NCBI GenBank assembly: GCA_965223425.1
Contig: OZ245003.1
Coordinates: 1,632,001 to 1,696,000, forward strand
Origin: Nitrosopumilus sp.
GTDB lineage: Archaea > Thermoproteota > Nitrososphaeria > Nitrososphaerales > Nitrosopumilaceae
Direction of reading: 5' to 3'
DNA: 64,000 nt
Shown one piece after another: positions 62,137 to 64,000 of the stretch. Position 1 is the first letter of the stretch; each line of letters begins with the position of its first letter. The notes beneath the pieces are model-generated. The model saw only the letters and a list, made by a program, of their open reading frames with translations. It made no database searches and was not told the origin of the DNA. The position numbers and the translations under genes were made by a program.

Positions 62137-62210
62137 CTGATAATTCCTCTCACGAGGAATATCTTCCCCTTTTTATTAAACTGTAAATTTACAGCATGCC
62201 AAACCGGCAT
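62134..62210 (+). repeat. Conserved 3' box of the cassette (second copy at 62589-62670)
   Basis: ATTCCTC/GAGGAAT hairpin, T-run, ATGCC/GGCAT hairpin in both copies. Confidence 0.8.
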
Positions 62211-62234
62211 TCCAATGAAAACTTTCAAAAAGAA

Positions 62235-62332
62235 AAACATCCTGATGAGCCCTTTTGGGCCAACTCCAATCAGAACATAACTGGTTTGGATGAGCCCTGC
62301 TAGGGCGAAACTGCCATTGGCAGTCGATGTTT
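62235..62332 (+). ncRNA. Type I hammerhead ribozyme 2
   Basis: Identical to copy 1 except one stem-II base; cleavage after 62325; 538 nt period. Confidence 0.85.
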
Positions 62333-62560
62333 CGCAAAATACTTTCGCGAGTATCTGGTGGCAAAAAGCCACAAACCAAAGAGTGTCCAGATAACATTGT
62401 CTGCATGGAAGACGAAAGAATCGGATACATCGAACGTGACGGTTCGCGGTTGGAACGTTATCCATGGAGATGTCAGCAGGAAGACTACGATAAAGGTTAT
62501 CCAGAACTGAAATGGGCCAACCTCCGGTTAGACAAAGCAGCTTGCAGAGAAGCAAGTTGA
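62327..62560 (+). CDS. Small hypothetical protein directly after hammerhead 2
   Basis: Same first 12 aa as the 61789 ORF, then largely divergent. Confidence 0.55.
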   Translation: MFRKILSRVSGGKKPQTKECPDNIVCMEDERIGYIERDGSRLERYPWRCQQEDYDKGYPELKWANLRLDKAACREAS

Positions 62561-63134
62561 CTCAGAGTCTTCATACGTCTTTGGTTACTAACTGATAATT
62601 CCTCTCATGAGGAATATCTTCCCCTTTTTTATTAAACAGAAACTAATTTTACAGCATGCCAAACCGGCATCCATAAATCATTCTTGAAAATATAACATCA
62701 AATCAAACACGGCAATCGCACAGAGACATGCAGATGAGCTTTTTTATTATCATAATTTTATCAATTCAACATCATATTGGGCCAGTGTCCCAATTTACAA
62801 AGGCAAATTTCAGAAAATTTCACGCCATTGCTTCCTTATTATGATGAGCAAGAAAAAAACACCCTATTATCCGCGCATCAAGCGAGAATTTGAGCCCGAC
62901 CCGGAAGACAAGGAAATCTGGTAGGCGCTCATGCCCCTTTTTTTCTATAACATCCATTTGATTGTTTTATCATTATGTACATGCGTTCCGGCATGTCTTT
63001 ATGAAATTGTAATGATGACTGGCACGGGGCGTATGGAATCGCCTGAGTTTCGGACTGTGATGAAACAGTTTGAGCAAAGTCCACACGAGTGCCCACATTC
63101 AATTCATGAAACAGCGAAAGCTTGACCAAGAAAA

Positions 63135-63186
63135 CCATGCCGATGTGCTCTACTTGAGCGAAACAGCCCTTTGTGGCAGTCCATGG
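63135..63186 (+). ncRNA. Divergent/degenerate type I hammerhead 3
   Basis: CCATG CCGATGT GCTC-tactt-GAGC GAAA CAGCC..GGCAG TC CATGG; two core deviations and one stem III mismatch. Confidence 0.55.
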
Positions 63187-63596
63187 AAAGAACCATGACA
63201 AAGAAAGTCAAATTTCTTAAAAGGAGACTTGCCTGTTCCTTGCGTATAGAAAACATCTCTTATCGACTGATGTTTGATTGCGGTCCAATAGGAAGACCAT
63301 ATTCTGCAATCGTTTATCAGCTGATGTTTGATTGCGGTCCAATAGGAAGACCATATTCTATAATCGTGAGTCTAGTCAACAAGCTTCTCAGAAAAGAAAG
63401 ACTCTATCCTAACGACTACGACAGTCCGGATTTTCCTGCATGCTGCAGAAAAACGATTGTTGGGTTGGAAAATACCAGTAGTATTAAGGGCAGCGCATTT
63501 CCTCACAGATGCAAGACCTGCAATAGGGAGTGGCAATACTACTTTGGATATGTGTTGCATAGTAGCCTATTTGGAGAACAGCCAATATGGGACTGA
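63183..63596 (+). CDS. Small Cys-rich protein directly after hammerhead 3
   Basis: ATG 63183 one nt after the GTC site; CC..CxxC; internal 18-aa duplication. Confidence 0.55.
   Translation: MERTMTKKVKFLKRRLACSLRIENISYRLMFDCGPIGRPYSAIVYQLMFDCGPIGRPYSIIVSLVNKLLRKERLYPNDYDSPDFPACCRKTIVGLENTSSIKGSAFPHRCKTCNREWQYYFGYVLHSSLFGEQPIWD
63260..63367 (+). repeat. 54-bp in-frame tandem duplication
   Basis: YRLMFDCGPIGRPYSAIV / YQLMFDCGPIGRPYSIIV. Confidence 0.9.
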
Positions 63597-63727
63597 CCCC
63601 CACTCTTTTTTTCTAATCATATTTTCTTAATTTTAGACACACAACACCTGCAAATAATCAACACATACTTTTTGATTATTTCATTAATGCGGCAAGGCAT
63701 CACCTCTTGCTGTTTTGTAATTCCAAC

Positions 63728-63790
63728 GGGGGCCATGATGAGACAGAACAGTTCCGACTCTGTGATGAGTGAGACGACATCCGAGTCCTC
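63728..63790 (+). ncRNA. Box C/D sRNA with CCGA D/D' boxes
   Basis: GGGGGCC ATGATGA gacagaacagtt CCGA ctct GTGATGA gtgagacgacat CCGA GTCC. Confidence 0.7.
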
Positions 63791-63867
63791 ATTGTCAGTA
63801 ACTGTATCATTGATTTTAACCTTGGTGCCACTCTGTACAGTCTTGCACCGCTTTGAAAAAATCCAAC

Positions 63868-63981
63868 GGGGGCGATGATGAATAAAATTATGGCCCAATC
63901 TCATGATGAGACACAACAGTTCCACTCCTGGAATCCACCTCCTCCTAGAAGGTTCTGTGACAGGCCGCTATCTGAGCCCCC
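63868..63981 (+). ncRNA. Degenerate/extended box C/D sRNA
   Basis: Same TCCAACGGGGGC leader, ATGATGA at 63875 and 63903, terminal CTGA GCCCCC. Confidence 0.45.
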
Positions 63982-64000
63982 ATCAATCATACAAATTAGA

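Noticed and set aside
61611-62555. Repeated minus-strand ORFs (61611-61931, 61625-61840, 62133-62555, 62176-62430)
   Set aside because: Their similarity is just the reverse complement of the duplicated hammerhead block
63012-63075. Additional C/D sRNA (ATGATGA..CTGA..GTGATGA)
   Set aside because: Guide spacing is irregular, with no clear D box or terminal stem; not listed as a feature
63672-63878. 68-aa ORF (MIISLMRQ..) and antisense ORF 63617-63925
   Set aside because: Better explained as the box C/D sRNA sequence
297-63925. Numerous short ORFs antisense or overlapping to well-supported genes in the six-frame track
   Set aside because: Shadow ORFs with no motifs; explained by the opposite-strand gene or by RNA elements
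1-64000. tRNA/rRNA genes, integrase, att sites, reverse transcriptase
   Set aside because: None recognised in this window; element boundaries cannot be defined

Overview
Archaeal accessory DNA, most consistent with Nitrososphaerota/Thaumarchaeota. This rests on TATA boxes ~27-29 nt before mostly leaderless starts, a TBP homologue, archaeal type IV pilus genes, the dndCDEA gene order and box C/D sRNAs; the taxon is an inference. Positions 1-14.4 kb are a defence island: dndCDEA phosphorothioation genes, an asparaginase, a ParB / ParB-HTH / beta-CASP nuclease / HEPN module, a type IIG R-M gene split at a G12 tract, and a C5 methyltransferase. Positions 14.5-61 kb are a large conjugative element with no integrase or att site in the window. 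It carries VirB3/VirB6/VirB4/VirD4/VirB2-like genes, a type IV pilus cluster, large surface proteins, its own TBP, a ParM-like partition system, a 7-repeat type I-G-like CRISPR mini-array, a helicase-deleted Cas3, R-M cargo, an intact ISH3 and IS/TnpB remnants. The most striking signal is non-coding, at 61.4-64 kb. Three type I hammerhead ribozymes (two near-identical, one divergent) each have a predicted cleavage site exactly one nucleotide before the AUG of a small ORF. They are interleaved with box C/D guide-like sRNAs that share shuffled guides, and another such sRNA lies at 54.84-54.90 kb. All product calls come from motif recognition by eye; no database searches were run.
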